A stretch of 64,000 nt of DNA, taken from Acidimicrobiaceae bacterium. GTDB lineage: Bacteria; Actinomycetota; Acidimicrobiia; Acidimicrobiales; UBA8190. Below the pieces are notes generated by a model. It saw only the letters and a list, made by a program, of their open reading frames with translations. It searched no databases and was not told where the DNA came from. Shown here one piece after another: positions 36,744 through 47,344 of the stretch (position 1 is its first letter; the number at the start of each line of letters is the position of its first letter). A program made the translations under genes and the position numbers. Where the stretch lies: the NCBI GenBank assembly GCA_003151475.1, contig PLXQ01000018.1, positions 1 to 64,000 of the forward strand. The letters run 5' to 3'.

Positions 36744-37322
36744 ATGGGCGTCATGAGCACCAAGATCTCCTCCACCATCACTTTTCGTTCCATGGACGAG
36801 TCGACGGCCGAGCAGTGGGCCGTTATCGGCGCCGAGACCTTCGAGCACCAGGGCCGGGTCGCCGACCAGGTCCTGGCCATGCTGGAAGGACTCGGGACCA
36901 TCACCGACGGCTTCGCCGTCGACCAGTTGATGCATTCGCTCCAGACGGCCACCCGGGCCGAGGAGTCCGGTGCCGACCCCGAGATGGTGGTGGCCTCTCT
37001 GTGCCACGACATCGGGAAGTACGTGTCGGTGCCCAACCATCCGCGCATCGCGGCCGAGATCCTGCGGCCCTACGTACGCGACGAGGTGGTCCAGGTCATC
37101 TTGGCCCACCAGGATTTCCAGGGCCGGCACTACTATCACCACTTCGGTGGCGACCCCGACGCGCGCGACAAGTACAGCGCCGAGCCCTGGTTCTCCCTGG
37201 CGGCCACGTTCGCCGACGAGTTCGACCAGAACAGCTTCGACCCGGACTACCCGACGTTGCCGCTGTCGCACTTCGAGCCGCTCGTGCGCGAGGTCTTCGC
37301 CAAGCCCCGCAACATCATCTGA
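36744..37322 (+). CDS. HD-domain metal-dependent phosphohydrolase/oxygenase-family protein
   Basis: HD motif LCHDIGKYV with additional His/Asp ligands (ILAHQDFQGRHYYHHFGGD). Confidence 0.8.
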   Translation: MGVMSTKISSTITFRSMDESTAEQWAVIGAETFEHQGRVADQVLAMLEGLGTITDGFAVDQLMHSLQTATRAEESGADPEMVVASLCHDIGKYVSVPNHPRIAAEILRPYVRDEVVQVILAHQDFQGRHYYHHFGGDPDARDKYSAEPWFSLAATFADEFDQNSFDPDYPTLPLSHFEPLVREVFAKPRNII

Positions 37323-38143
37323 TGGACGTCGCGGTCCTGGCGCCCTTGACGCGCGCCCATGCACGGGAAAAGAGACGCCACGACGATGTCCGGAATCTCG
37401 TCATGGAGCTGGCCCGCAGTGACTTCCGGCGCCGCCACCCCGACGCCACCTTCGGCCCCATCGTCGTCCTCATCGCCTCGTATCTGGAAGCGGACAACAT
37501 CGGGGCGGTCCTGAAGGGTGTTCCCCCCGAAGTGGACGGCCACGCGGTGACCACCTTGGTGGTGGTGGACGGTGGTGACGACGGCACCGAGGACATCGTG
37601 GCCGAGCACGGGGCCTACTGCTGTGTGCTTCCGGTCAACATGGGCCAGGGTGTGGCGCTGAAGCTGGGCTACGAGCTGGCCGACGCCTACGGGGCCGAGT
37701 ACGTGGTCACCCTGGACGCCGACGGCCAGAACGACCCAGCCGAGATAGCCGATCTGCTGGCCCCGGTGCTGGCTGATGAGGCGGACTTCGTCATCGCCAG
37801 CCGCCGGCTCGGCAGTGACCACACCGAAGACGGAGTACGGCGGGCCGGCGTGGTCTTCTTCTCCTTCGTCATCAACGCCTTGGCCGGCCAGCACCTGACT
37901 GACACCTCGAACGGCTTCCGGGCCCTCAAGATCGACGTCCTGCGCGACGTCACCCTCGAGCAGGACCAGTACCAGACGTCGGAGCTCATCATCAGCGCCG
38001 CGGCGCGCGGATGGCGGCTGGGTGAACGCCCCACACTGTGGCACCCCCGGGCATCGGGCGAGTCGAAGAAGGGTTCCAACATCTTCTTTGCTCTGCAGTA
38101 CGCCCGCGTCGTTCTGCGGACCTGGTTGCGCGAGCGGCGCTGA
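37322..38143 (+). CDS. GT2-family glycosyltransferase (polyprenol-phosphate sugar synthase-like, DPM1/CsbB/ArnC type)
   Basis: Internal start of ORF 36815..38143 at ATG 37322 (TGATG overlap with the HD gene). DXD region VTLDADGQND plus conserved GT-A core motifs. Confidence 0.85.
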   Translation: MDVAVLAPLTRAHAREKRRHDDVRNLVMELARSDFRRRHPDATFGPIVVLIASYLEADNIGAVLKGVPPEVDGHAVTTLVVVDGGDDGTEDIVAEHGAYCCVLPVNMGQGVALKLGYELADAYGAEYVVTLDADGQNDPAEIADLLAPVLADEADFVIASRRLGSDHTEDGVRRAGVVFFSFVINALAGQHLTDTSNGFRALKIDVLRDVTLEQDQYQTSELIISAAARGWRLGERPTLWHPRASGESKKGSNIFFALQYARVVLRTWLRERR

Positions 38144-38157
38144 CCCCGCCGTCCCCG

Positions 38158-41001
38158 GTGGACGTTGGCCGGCGAAGACAGGCAGTACGGCGCGCCCCGG
38201 CGCCGCCCGCAGTGAGGCGCGCCCTGGCGCGGCCAGCGGCGCCACTGGCCGCCGTCTTCGCCGCCATCTCGGCCGCCATCTTCGGGCTCCCGGCTGCCTT
38301 CGGCGCCACCTGGCTGGTGGGCGACAACCTCATCCAGAATTTCCCTCTCCGGCTGCTCGTGGGGACCGATCTGCGCCACGGACATCTGCCGTTGTGGGAC
38401 CCCTATCTGTGGAGCGGCTCTCCCCTGCTGGCCGGCTTCAACGCCGGGGCCGCCTATCCCACCACCGTCCTCTTCGCCTTCTTACCCGGGGCTCTCGCCT
38501 GGGTGCTCAACGAGATGGCGGTGGAGGTGGTGGCCGCGCTCGGGGTGGTGGCGCTGCTGCGGGTGCTCGGGCGTTCCTGGCTGGCGTCGGGGCTGGCCGC
38601 CGGGGCCTTCGCCTTCGGCGGCTTCATGACGGCCCAGAGCGTGCACCTCGATCTGGTCCAGGCGGCGGCCTGGCTCCCGTGGGCCTTCGTGGCCCTCGAC
38701 CGCCTGGCCCATCGACCCGACGGCCGGCCGGCCGCCCCGTGGGTTGCTCTTCTCGGCGCCTCGCTCGGTCTCATGATGCTGTCGGGAGCGGTCGAGCCCA
38801 TCTTCGACGGCGGTATCGTCCTCGTCCTTTACGGCGTCTGGCTGGCGGTGCGCACTCCGGGCCGGCGGCGCCTGCACATCGCTATCGGGTCGGCGGCGGG
38901 CGTGGTCGTCGGCGTCGCGGTGGCGGGCGCCCAGCTCATACCGGGAGCGGCCTTCCAGGCCCAGTCGCAGCGGGCCATGCACAGCTTCACGTACTTCTCC
39001 TCCGGTTCCATGAACAAGTCGCTTACCATCCTCGGCCTCGATCCCCTGGTGCTCGGCGGCGCCCACGCCTTTCCCCTGGGCTTCCTCGGCACCTTCAACC
39101 TGCCCGAGATCTCGAGCTACATCGGCATCCTCCCCGTCATGGGCCTCGTCGGCCTCCTGGCCGCCCGTCACCGCCGCGCCCCCGAGGCCGGTCAGTGGTG
39201 GATCTGGTACGGAGTGCTGATCGTGGGTCTCTTCCTGGCCTGGGGCGGATTCACACCGGTGGCCCACCTGATCTACGACATCCCGCTCTTCAACCGCCAA
39301 CGCCTCCTGAACCGCAACCTCCTCGAGGTGGACCTGGCTCTGGCCGTCATCTTCGCCACCTGGGTGGATCAGATGTTCAGACCGGCCCTCGGGGGGGCCC
39401 CGCACCTCGACACGGCGCCCGTGGGCGGGGCCACAGAGCGCCGGTGGACGTCGGACGTCGTCCTTCCTCTCATCCCGGTGGTGGCCGTCATCGGCCTGCA
39501 GATCACGTTGATCGCGGGCGGGCCCTGGTTCCCGCATCTGCTGCATGTGCCCGTCGCCGTGACGCGCTCGGGGCTGTGGCCTCTCATCGGTTTCCTCACC
39601 ATCCCCAGTGCCATCGCCGTCGGAGCCGGCGTCCTCGTCCTGCGGCGGTTCGCCCTCGGCCGCCGGCTCCCCGCGCTCCTGGTGGCGCTGGTGGTCATTG
39701 ACCTGGCCGTGTTCAACCTGGGCATCCAGTCCATCCCCGACCGCTCCGACGCCGTCTCCAGCGCCAGTCCCACCGCTGCTCGCCTGGCCGCGCTCGTGGC
39801 CGCCCAGGGCCAGGGCGCGGCCGGAGGCCGGCACCGGATCGGGATGTTCGACCCCGACCGCTTCCATCCCGTCGAGGCCAACCGGCTGGGCCAACCGGAC
39901 CTCACCATCTTGCGGTCCCTCGACAGCGTGCAGGGCTACGGCGCCGTCGTCGACGAGCACTACGACGCCGAGACGGGAACGCACCTGCAGCTGAACCTCA
40001 CCCCCGCCGCTCTCTCGGGCGACACCTTCGCCCGACTCGACCTCGGTCTGCTCGTGAGCGTGCCCGAGTACTTCATCCATCTGGTGAGCCGGCCACCGAA
40101 CTACGGCGGGAGCGTCCTGAACGGAGCGCCGCTGCTTCCTCCCGTCGGCCCCGATCCGTCGGCGCCCCCCGACCGGGCGCCTGCCGCTCCCACTCCCCCC
40201 GGTGACTACGTCTTCGTGTCGCCGCCGGCACCGACGGCCATGCTCAGCGCCGGCGATCCCCGGACCCAGTACTTCGGCACCGTCCTGTCGGTGACCGCCG
40301 TCACCGTGCCGCTGGCCTCGACCGCTGACACCGGCGACCTGCGGGTCGGCCTGCTCTCGCCCGACGGGGGCCGGACGACGTGGTTGGGCCCGGCCGTTTC
40401 CCTAGCCGGCAAGAGCGAGATCACGGTGGACAGCGCTCCGCAGGCGGCTAGCGGCATCATCCTGCTCTCGACGGCGGCGACGGCGGCGGTGGGTGACGCC
40501 GTGGTGCGCACCGCCGGCCAGGGGACCTACCGGGTCGACGGCTCGCTGCGCGACATCGTGACGGCGCCTCGGTGGCGCTACCTCGGCAACGACGGTGCCT
40601 TCAGCGTCTTCGCCCAACCCTCGGCGCGCGGCCGGGCCTGGGTGACCGGTGACCCGTCGGCCACGGCCCGGGTGGTGTCGGATTCACCGTGGGGCGACGA
40701 GATCATCCGGGTGTCGACGCACCACCAGGGCACCCTCGTCCGCTCCGAGCAGTTCGCCTCGGGCTGGGAGGCCACGATCACGGGGACCACGCCCGGCGCA
40801 GGGTCGTCTCGCAGTGCCGTGGTAAGGCGCAGCGACCTGATCCAGGCGGTGACCGTTCCCGCCGGGGTCCACCTGGTGCACTTCACCTACCGCCCGGCGC
40901 GGGCCTTTGAAGGCCTGGCCGTGAGCGCCGTGGGGGTGATCGTGGTGGGTGTGCTCGGTTTCTGGCCCCTCATCCGCAGGAGGCGGCGCCGGCCGGCTTA
41001 G
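38158..41001 (+). CDS. Large polytopic membrane protein, YfhO-like GT-C-fold glycosyltransferase family
   Basis: Multiple TM helices with the loop motif [25 protein letters not shown] resembling the YfhO family, plus a long C-terminal extracytoplasmic domain. Start set at GTG 38158, just after the GT2 stop; alternatives exist. Confidence 0.65.
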   Translation: MDVGRRRQAVRRAPAPPAVRRALARPAAPLAAVFAAISAAIFGLPAAFGATWLVGDNLIQNFPLRLLVGTDLRHGHLPLWDPYLWSGSPLLAGFNAGAAYPTTVLFAFLPGALAWVLNEMAVEVVAALGVVALLRVLGRSWLASGLAAGAFAFGGFMTAQSVHLDLVQAAAWLPWAFVALDRLAHRPDGRPAAPWVALLGASLGLMMLSGAVEPIFDGGIVLVLYGVWLAVRTPGRRRLHIAIGSAAGVVVGVAVAGAQLIPGAAFQAQSQRAMHSFTYFSSGSMNKSLTILGLDPLVLGGAHAFPLGFLGTFNLPEISSYIGILPVMGLVGLLAARHRRAPEAGQWWIWYGVLIVGLFLAWGGFTPVAHLIYDIPLFNRQRLLNRNLLEVDLALAVIFATWVDQMFRPALGGAPHLDTAPVGGATERRWTSDVVLPLIPVVAVIGLQITLIAGGPWFPHLLHVPVAVTRSGLWPLIGFLTIPSAIAVGAGVLVLRRFALGRRLPALLVALVVIDLAVFNLGIQSIPDRSDAVSSASPTAARLAALVAAQGQGAAGGRHRIGMFDPDRFHPVEANRLGQPDLTILRSLDSVQGYGAVVDEHYDAETGTHLQLNLTPAALSGDTFARLDLGLLVSVPEYFIHLVSRPPNYGGSVLNGAPLLPPVGPDPSAPPDRAPAAPTPPGDYVFVSPPAPTAMLSAGDPRTQYFGTVLSVTAVTVPLASTADTGDLRVGLLSPDGGRTTWLGPAVSLAGKSEITVDSAPQAASGIILLSTAATAAVGDAVVRTAGQGTYRVDGSLRDIVTAPRWRYLGNDGAFSVFAQPSARGRAWVTGDPSATARVVSDSPWGDEIIRVSTHHQGTLVRSEQFASGWEATITGTTPGAGSSRSAVVRRSDLIQAVTVPAGVHLVHFTYRPARAFEGLAVSAVGVIVVGVLGFWPLIRRRRRRPA

Positions 41002-42046
41002 CGCTGTTCCTGGCCAGGTCGGCCACGAGCTCATACGAACGCAGCCGATCGTCGTAGCCGTGGATCATGGCCGTGATCATCAGCTCGTCGGCCTGCGTCT
41101 CGTGCACGAGCGTCGCCAACCCGGCGCGGACCGTCTCGGGGCCGCCCACGATCTGACCGCTGGTGCGACCGTCGATGATCAGTTGCTCGGACGGCGAATA
41201 CTCGTGGCCGGCCGCTTCTTCGGGCGTGGGAAGGCGCCCCGGTCGTCCTGAGCGGAGGCGCACGAAGGCCAGGCGCGACGGACCGGCCAACCACTGCGCC
41301 TGCTCGTCGGTCTCGGCGCAGATGACCGACACGGCCACCATGGCGTGCGGCGCCGCCAACGTGGCCGACGGACGGAAGTGCGAGCGGTACAGAGCGAGGG
41401 CGGGCAGGGTGTTGGCGGCGCTGAAGTGGTGGGCGAAGGAGAAGGGCAGGCCGAGCATCCCGGCCAGCTGAGCGCTGAAGCCGCTGGAGCCGAGCAACCA
41501 GATCTCGGGCTCGTCGCCGTAGCCGGGGACGGCCGTGATGGCCCGGAAGGGATGCTTCTCGGGGAAGCCCCCGGCGAAGAAGGCCATCAGCTCACCGAGT
41601 TGTTGGGGAAAGTCGTCGGCGCTCAGTGCGTCGGCCGAACGGCGCAGCGCCAGCGCCGTGATCTGATCGGTGCCCGGGGCGCGTCCGATGCCGAGGTCGA
41701 TACGTCCGCGGTGCAGCGCCTCCAACGTGCCGAACTGCTCGGCCACCACCAGCGGCGCCTGGTTGGGAAGCATGATCCCGCCCGAGCCCACCCGGATGGA
41801 GCTGGTGGCCGAGGCGATGTGTCCCATCAGCACCGCCGTGGCCGAGCTGGCGATGCCGGGCATGTTGTGATGCTCGGCCACCCAGAAGCGCCGGTAGCCG
41901 AGGCCCTCGACCGCTACCGCCAGGGCGATGGACTGCTCCAGGGCACGGCCCACATCGGAACCGTCGGCCACCACGGCCAGGTCGAGCACCGACAGAGGCA
42001 CCGCCGGTGGCGTCGCATCGTCGCTCTCCAGCATGAGTGCATCCAT
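40970..42046 (-). CDS. LLM-class flavin-dependent oxidoreductase
   Basis: Luciferase-like motifs ([24 protein letters not shown]). Convergent with the previous gene, overlapping by 32 nt. Confidence 0.85.
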   Translation of the reverse strand: MDALMLESDDATPPAVPLSVLDLAVVADGSDVGRALEQSIALAVAVEGLGYRRFWVAEHHNMPGIASSATAVLMGHIASATSSIRVGSGGIMLPNQAPLVVAEQFGTLEALHRGRIDLGIGRAPGTDQITALALRRSADALSADDFPQQLGELMAFFAGGFPEKHPFRAITAVPGYGDEPEIWLLGSSGFSAQLAGMLGLPFSFAHHFSAANTLPALALYRSHFRPSATLAAPHAMVAVSVICAETDEQAQWLAGPSRLAFVRLRSGRPGRLPTPEEAAGHEYSPSEQLIIDGRTSGQIVGGPETVRAGLATLVHETQADELMITAMIHGYDDRLRSYELVADLARNSAKPAGAASCG

Positions 42047-42108
42047 CTCTCGGCCAAACCGGCGCCGGGGTCCCGTTATTCCGGGCCCGGTCCTGTGTGC
42101 CTTGCGCC

Positions 42109-43917
42109 CTAGGGGGCGGTGGGCCCATCGCCCGGCGCTGCGGTGTCACTCTCGCCCTGCCACGATCGCCACAGGGCGGCGTAGGCGCCCGAGGCGGCGA
42201 GCAGGTCATCGTGACTGCCGAACTCGGTGATCCGGCCCTCCTCCACGACGGCGATGACATCGGCGTCGTTGGCCGTGTGCAAGCGGTGGGAGACGGCGAT
42301 GACGGTCCGGCCCTCGAGCAGTCGGGCCAGTGACCGCTCCAGATGGCGGGCCGCTCCGGGATTGAGAAGCGAGGTCGCTTCGTCGAGCACCAGGGTGTGG
42401 GGGTCGGCCAGGACCAGGCGGGCGATGGCGATCTGCTGGGCCATGCCCGGGGCCAGGATCGATCCGGCCGAACCGACGCGGGTACCGAGTCCTTCGGGCA
42501 ACGCCCGTACGGCGGCGCCGGCATCGACGGCGTCGAGCGCGCCGTAGAGCTCCTCGTCACTGGCGTCGGGGTCCACCAGCCGCAGGTTGTCGCGGATCGA
42601 GGCGGCGAAGAGGTGGTGCTCCTGGGTGACGAGAGCGACATGGCGGCGCAAGCGGGCCGGCGGCATCAGGTGGGCGTCGACGCCGCCGACGGTGGCCCGG
42701 CCCGAGCGCGGGGCAAAGACGCCGGTGAGGAGAAGCGCCAGGGTGCTCTTGCCCGCCCCGCTCGGGCCCACCACCGCCACCCGGGCGCCGGGGGTGGTCT
42801 CCAGGTCGACGCCGCGCAGGACGTCGTGGTCGGCGCTGTAGGCGTAGTGCAGGTCCCGGGCCACCACCTGCTCGCCCACCGGTTCGTCGGTCGTGGTCGG
42901 CGCCGGTTCGACCTCGTGGACGCCGACGACCCGCGATAAAGAGGCCGAGGCCACCTGCACTTCGTCCATCCACGCCAGCAGCGTGTCGACGGGGTTGATC
43001 AACTGCTGCGCGTACAGGGCGGCGGCGGTGACCGCCCCCACCGAGAGGTGGCCGTCGATGTGCAGAAGCCCTCCGAGCAGGATGGTTCCGACGAGGGGGA
43101 TGACGTAGCTGATCTCGCTGGCGCCGAAGAAGACGGTCCTCAGTCCGAGGGTCTTTCGTTCCCAGCCGATCCAGGACCTGATGTCACGGTCGGTCTGCGT
43201 GATCCGTTTCGATCCGAGCCGGAAGGCCTCGATCGTGCGTCCCGCCGCCACGCTCTCTTGGATATCGCCGTTCACCCGGGCGTAGGCCGCCATCTCCCCC
43301 TGATAGGCACCGCGGGCCCGGCGCAGATACCACCGGGTACCGGCGGCCACGATGGGAATGCTCGGCACAAGCGCCAGGCCGAGCACGGGGGCGGTCCACA
43401 GCAGAGCGGCCACGGCCAGCACGGCCGTGACACTGGCCACCAACAGCTGCGGGAGCCCCGTGCGCACGGTGTAGGAGAGGTCGTCCACGTCGGTCGACGC
43501 CCTGGTCAGCAGGTCGCCCGAACCGGCCCGCTCGACGACGCCCAAGGGCAGGTCGAGGACCCGTTTGACCAGTTGCTCGCGCAGGCGGGCCAGGATGCTC
43601 TCACCGAGAACGGCGCCCAGCCCGCGGCTGGCCCCGGTGAGCACGGTCTGGAGCACCAGGGCGCCGGCGAAGATGACGATGGCCTCCTCGATGCGGGCGT
43701 TGCCGCCTTTTGCCGTCGTGTTGTTGATCACGCCCTCGAGGACCTTCGGGCCGACCAGCCCGGCGGCACTGGCCACCGCTTGCAGCGCCAGCACGACGGC
43801 GATGGGCCGACGCTGCTCATGGAGCAGCCGCCGCACGTGGCGCCAGCTGGCCCGGCCCGATGCCACGGGCAAGATGGTCGACTCGGCGCCGGACACGGTG
43901 GTCGGCGGCGTGCTCAT
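42109..43917 (-). CDS. ABC transporter ATP-binding/permease protein (exporter half, CydC/D-like)
   Basis: True start is ATG 43917 (MSTPPTTV...), an ATGA overlap with the upstream partner. The 262-aa Arg-rich N-terminal extension in ORF 42109..44703 is a frame artefact. Six-TM domain plus NBD ([14 protein letters not shown]-like, Walker B DEATS). Confidence 0.9.
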   Translation of the reverse strand: MSTPPTTVSGAESTILPVASGRASWRHVRRLLHEQRRPIAVVLALQAVASAAGLVGPKVLEGVINNTTAKGGNARIEEAIVIFAGALVLQTVLTGASRGLGAVLGESILARLREQLVKRVLDLPLGVVERAGSGDLLTRASTDVDDLSYTVRTGLPQLLVASVTAVLAVAALLWTAPVLGLALVPSIPIVAAGTRWYLRRARGAYQGEMAAYARVNGDIQESVAAGRTIEAFRLGSKRITQTDRDIRSWIGWERKTLGLRTVFFGASEISYVIPLVGTILLGGLLHIDGHLSVGAVTAAALYAQQLINPVDTLLAWMDEVQVASASLSRVVGVHEVEPAPTTTDEPVGEQVVARDLHYAYSADHDVLRGVDLETTPGARVAVVGPSGAGKSTLALLLTGVFAPRSGRATVGGVDAHLMPPARLRRHVALVTQEHHLFAASIRDNLRLVDPDASDEELYGALDAVDAGAAVRALPEGLGTRVGSAGSILAPGMAQQIAIARLVLADPHTLVLDEATSLLNPGAARHLERSLARLLEGRTVIAVSHRLHTANDADVIAVVEEGRITEFGSHDDLLAASGAYAALWRSWQGESDTAAPGDGPTAP

Positions 43918-45635
43918 CGGTCGCCCCGCGTGACGAGCCGGCGGTAGCGGGGCTCGGAGTCGAGCAGCTGCCGGTGGCTGCCCACGGCGCGGACACGGCC
44001 GTCGAGGAAGGCCACGACGTCGGCCTGCTCCAAGAGAAAGGGGCTCGTCGACAGCACCACCGTGGTCCGGCCTTGGCGCACCCGGCGCAGCCGGCCGGCG
44101 ATGTCGGCTTCGGTGTGGGCGTCCACGGCGCTCGTGGGTTCGTCCAGGACGAGCACCTCGGGGTCGGCCCGCAAGGCGGCGGCGAGGACGATCCGCTGTC
44201 GCTGGCCACCGGAAAGCGAGCGCCCGCGTTCGGGGAGCTCCGTCTCGAGCCCGTCGGCCAGGTCGGCGACGATGGCGCCGGCGACGGCGGCGTCGAGGGC
44301 TTCGGTCACGGTGGGCCGGTGGGCGCCGGCGTGGGGACGGAACTCGGGCATGTCGACGGCGTCGGCCACCGAGCCCGAGAGCAGCTGTGGCTCTCGGTCG
44401 ACCACCAGCACCCGGCCCCGCACCACGTCGAGGGGTAGGGCGGCGAGCGCCGTGCCGGCCAAGGCCACGCCGTCTCCGGGGGTGTCGACGTAGCGACCGA
44501 GGCGGGCGCCCAGCATGCTCGCCTCCTCGGGGTCGGTGGCGGCCACCACGGTCAGCAGGCCGGGCTCGACCACCAACCCCGTGACGGTGTCGGTCAGCGC
44601 CCCCACCGGAGGCTCCGTCACGGCCGCCACCGGGCGCGGCAGGTCCGGTGTCCGGCGCAGGACGGTCAGGACCCTTCCGGCCGCCACCGTGGCCGCCGAC
44701 CATCGGGTGGCCGCTTCGATCAGGGTCTGGACGGGCAGGGTCAAGAAGGCGGCGTAGGCGTAGAAGGCGACCAACCGGCCGGGCGAGATGGTGTGGGTGA
44801 GCACCAGATGGGCGCCGATGTAGGTGACGACGACGAGGATGGCCCCGGGCACGAAAACCTGGAGCGCATCGAGCAGGGACTGGGTGAGAGCGGTGCGGAC
44901 GGTGGCGGCGCGTACCTGCTGTGAGGCAGCTGCGTAGCGATGGCCGAAGACCTCCTCACCGCCGAGACCGCGCAGGACGCGCAGGCCGACCACGGTGTCG
45001 GCCGCCACCGACGACGCTGCGGCCCGGGCCGAGCGCTCGGCTTTCTGCCGGCGCTCGAGTGGTCGCATGATGGGCAGGATCAGAGAGACGGCGACCGGCG
45101 CCCCGATCACGAGGACGAGACCGAGGCGGACCGACGAAGAGAACAGCAGGACGGCCACCACCAGATACGACACCACGGCGCCGGTGGCGCGGGCACTCAC
45201 GTCGAGCAGGTGGCCGATCCGCTGCACGTCGGTGGTCCCGATGCTCGCCACCTCACCGGCGTCCACATGACGGGTCAGGTCGCCGCCCAGATCGCTTGCC
45301 TGACGCGCCACCAGCTGTTGCACCCGGACGGCGGCGGTGAGGAAGTTGGTGACGGCCCGGCGGTGACGGAGCACCCCGGCCACGGCCTGGACGGCACCGA
45401 GGCCGAGCACGACGGCGGACCAGGCCCACAATTGGCCCCGGTCACGGCGGCTCACGGCATCGATGGCGGCGCCGAGCGCGGCGGGGATCAGACTCTGGGC
45501 CCCCATCCAGACGGCGCCGAAGAACCCGCCGCCGATGACGGTGCCGAGCTGACGCCGCGCCAGCCAGAAGAGGAAGTGCACGGGCGAGCGGGTGTCGGGC
45601 TCACCGAGATCGGCCAGGGGGAGTCGAGTAAGCAA
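43914..45635 (-). CDS. ABC transporter ATP-binding/permease protein (exporter half, CydD/C-like)
   Basis: TMD plus NBD with LSGGQRQRIVLAAAL and VLVLDEPTSAVD. TTG start at 45635 (alternative GTG at 45581). Confidence 0.9.
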   Translation of the reverse strand: MLTRLPLADLGEPDTRSPVHFLFWLARRQLGTVIGGGFFGAVWMGAQSLIPAALGAAIDAVSRRDRGQLWAWSAVVLGLGAVQAVAGVLRHRRAVTNFLTAAVRVQQLVARQASDLGGDLTRHVDAGEVASIGTTDVQRIGHLLDVSARATGAVVSYLVVAVLLFSSSVRLGLVLVIGAPVAVSLILPIMRPLERRQKAERSARAAASSVAADTVVGLRVLRGLGGEEVFGHRYAAASQQVRAATVRTALTQSLLDALQVFVPGAILVVVTYIGAHLVLTHTISPGRLVAFYAYAAFLTLPVQTLIEAATRWSAATVAAGRVLTVLRRTPDLPRPVAAVTEPPVGALTDTVTGLVVEPGLLTVVAATDPEEASMLGARLGRYVDTPGDGVALAGTALAALPLDVVRGRVLVVDREPQLLSGSVADAVDMPEFRPHAGAHRPTVTEALDAAVAGAIVADLADGLETELPERGRSLSGGQRQRIVLAAALRADPEVLVLDEPTSAVDAHTEADIAGRLRRVRQGRTTVVLSTSPFLLEQADVVAFLDGRVRAVGSHRQLLDSEPRYRRLVTRGDR

Positions 45636-45757
45636 AGCCGATCAGACTACGACCAGACGGAGCTGTCGCGCCGCGAGGCGCCGCCGCGCACCACGCCGAC
45701 GGCGGGACGACCTGGACGTCCGAGAGGGTTCCGGCCACACCGGCGCCGTTCCCCCTG

Positions 45758-45973
45758 ATGAGCCTGTCGTGCCCGACGGCGTCGGACTGCTGGGCAACGG
45801 TGGCCGCCGGCGTGGAGGCCAGCACCGACGGGGGGCACAGCTGGGCCGCCGAGCCCCTCCCGCCGGCGCTCGTGAACACCGAGGGCATCACCTGCGTCGC
45901 CCCCTCCTCGTGCTGGGCCCTGGCCGAGACGGCGACGGCCGTCGTGATCCTGGCTCGTCGCCCGCCGTCGTGA
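45758..45973 (+). pseudogene. Fragment resembling a BNR/Asp-box repeat protein (Ycf48/sialidase-like)
   Basis: 71-aa ORF with an SxDxGxxW Asp-box (ASTDGGHSWAAE) and spaced Cys/Trp, but no start context, sitting in a 354-bp gap. Confidence 0.25.
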
Positions 45974-45989
45974 CGCCGTCGTCGCCCGC

Positions 45990-46709
45990 TCAGCGGCGCG
46001 GCGCCTGGTCGTCGACCCGTTTCTGGGCCTCGTCGTAGAGGGTCTGCAGCTCTTCGCGCAGGTGCTCGGTGAGGGCATGGACCTGGGTGCGCGGGACGCG
46101 CCCGCGCGCCGAGCGCGCCGGCGCCGGCAGCGGTTGGCCCACCACCAGATGGATCTTCACGGGACGGACCATCTTCGATCCCTTGGGCATGGCCGCCGCC
46201 GAGCCGCCGATGCCGATGGGCACGATGGGTGCCCCCGTGCGCGCCGCTAAGAAAGCGGCTCCTTCGTGCAGCTCCTGGACGACGGGGCCCTCGCGCCGGG
46301 TGCCTTCGGGGAAGAGGATGAGGGCGTCGCCGCGCTCGAGCACGTCCTGGGCCCGGTCGAGAGCGAGCCGGTCGGCCCCCTGGCGGTGCACGGGGAATGC
46401 GCCGATCGATTCGAGGAACGTCCCGAAGCGCGGCCTCTTCCACAAACTGTCCTTGGCCATGTAGAAGAGCTTGCGCCTGGTCACCTCCGAGACCACCAGG
46501 AAGTCGATATTGCTCCGGTGCACCGGGGCCAGGATCACCGGCCCGCTGTCGGGGACGACCGAGGCTCCGTCGACGGTGACATGGAAGTAGGCGCGGTTCA
46601 CCCCGTGGCACAGAGCACGCAGGCCCCGGTAGGCGACCGGCGGCAGGCTGAGGTTGAAATGACGTGCCGTCGCCGTGGCGTCGGGATCAGTGATGGGCTT
46701 CACAGGCAT
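45990..46709 (-). CDS. plsC: 1-acyl-sn-glycerol-3-phosphate acyltransferase
   Basis: HxxxxD motif (PVHRSNIDF) and FPEGTR motif. Confidence 0.9.
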   Translation of the reverse strand: MPVKPITDPDATATARHFNLSLPPVAYRGLRALCHGVNRAYFHVTVDGASVVPDSGPVILAPVHRSNIDFLVVSEVTRRKLFYMAKDSLWKRPRFGTFLESIGAFPVHRQGADRLALDRAQDVLERGDALILFPEGTRREGPVVQELHEGAAFLAARTGAPIVPIGIGGSAAAMPKGSKMVRPVKIHLVVGQPLPAPARSARGRVPRTQVHALTEHLREELQTLYDEAQKRVDDQAPRR

Positions 46710-47344
46710 GCCAGGACCTCCCGGAGAACAACATCGGCGGACTTGCCCGTCGAGTCGATGACCACAGCATCGTCGGCCACATCTTCGGGCATCACCAGCG
46801 GCGAGACCGCACGCGACGAGTCGAGACGGTCACGGCGCTCGAGATCGGTCTCGACCTCGGCCACGCTACGGCCGTCGCCGCGTTCGGTGGCCCGGCGCCG
46901 GGCCCGCTCCCCCGTCCCGGCCGTCAGATAGACCTTCAGGTCGGCGCCGGGCAGCACCACGGTGCCGATGTCGCGGCCCTCGACCACGCCGGCGCCGCGC
47001 TCGGCCACCCATTGCCGCTGGCGGGCCACCAGGGTGTCGCGCACCTCGGGGTTGGCGGCCACGGCCGAGACGGCCCGGTCGACGGCCGCCGTCCGGATGC
47101 CGCCGGTCACGTCCTTCCCGTCGACCGTCACCCGGTCGCCGACCTCGATGCGCAGGCAACGGGCCATCTCCCCCACGGCCGCCGTGTCCCGGACATCGAT
47201 GCCGTGGTCGAGGGCGTTCCAGGCCACGGCGCGGTACATGGCTCCGGTGTCGAGACGCTCGAGCCCGAGGTGCTCGGCCACGGCCTGGGCCAGGGTGGAC
47301 TTCCCGGCGCCGGCCGGCCCGTCGATGGCCACCACCTTGGTCAC
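46700..47344 (-). CDS. cmk: Cytidylate kinase
   Basis: P-loop IDGPAGAGKST and cytidylate kinase core motifs. Confidence 0.95.
   Translation of the reverse strand: MTKVVAIDGPAGAGKSTLAQAVAEHLGLERLDTGAMYRAVAWNALDHGIDVRDTAAVGEMARCLRIEVGDRVTVDGKDVTGGIRTAAVDRAVSAVAANPEVRDTLVARQRQWVAERGAGVVEGRDIGTVVLPGADLKVYLTAGTGERARRRATERGDGRSVAEVETDLERRDRLDSSRAVSPLVMPEDVADDAVVIDSTGKSADVVLREVLACL

Noticed and set aside
36815-37321. N-terminal 170 aa of ORF 36815..38143 (upstream of the GT2 start)
   Set aside because: Arg/Pro-rich alternate frame of the HD-domain gene. The GT2 homology begins at the internal ATG 37322, which overlaps the HD stop.
38022-39701. 559-aa ORF in a second frame over the YfhO-like gene
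   Set aside because: Low-complexity Arg/Gly/Pro translation; the overlapping frame encodes a polytopic membrane protein with a family motif.
43918-44703. 262-aa Arg/Gly-rich N-terminal extension of ORF 42109..44703
   Set aside because: Alternate frame of the upstream ABC gene. The real start is the ATG at 43917, forming an ATGA overlap, and the product from there is a standard-length ABC exporter.
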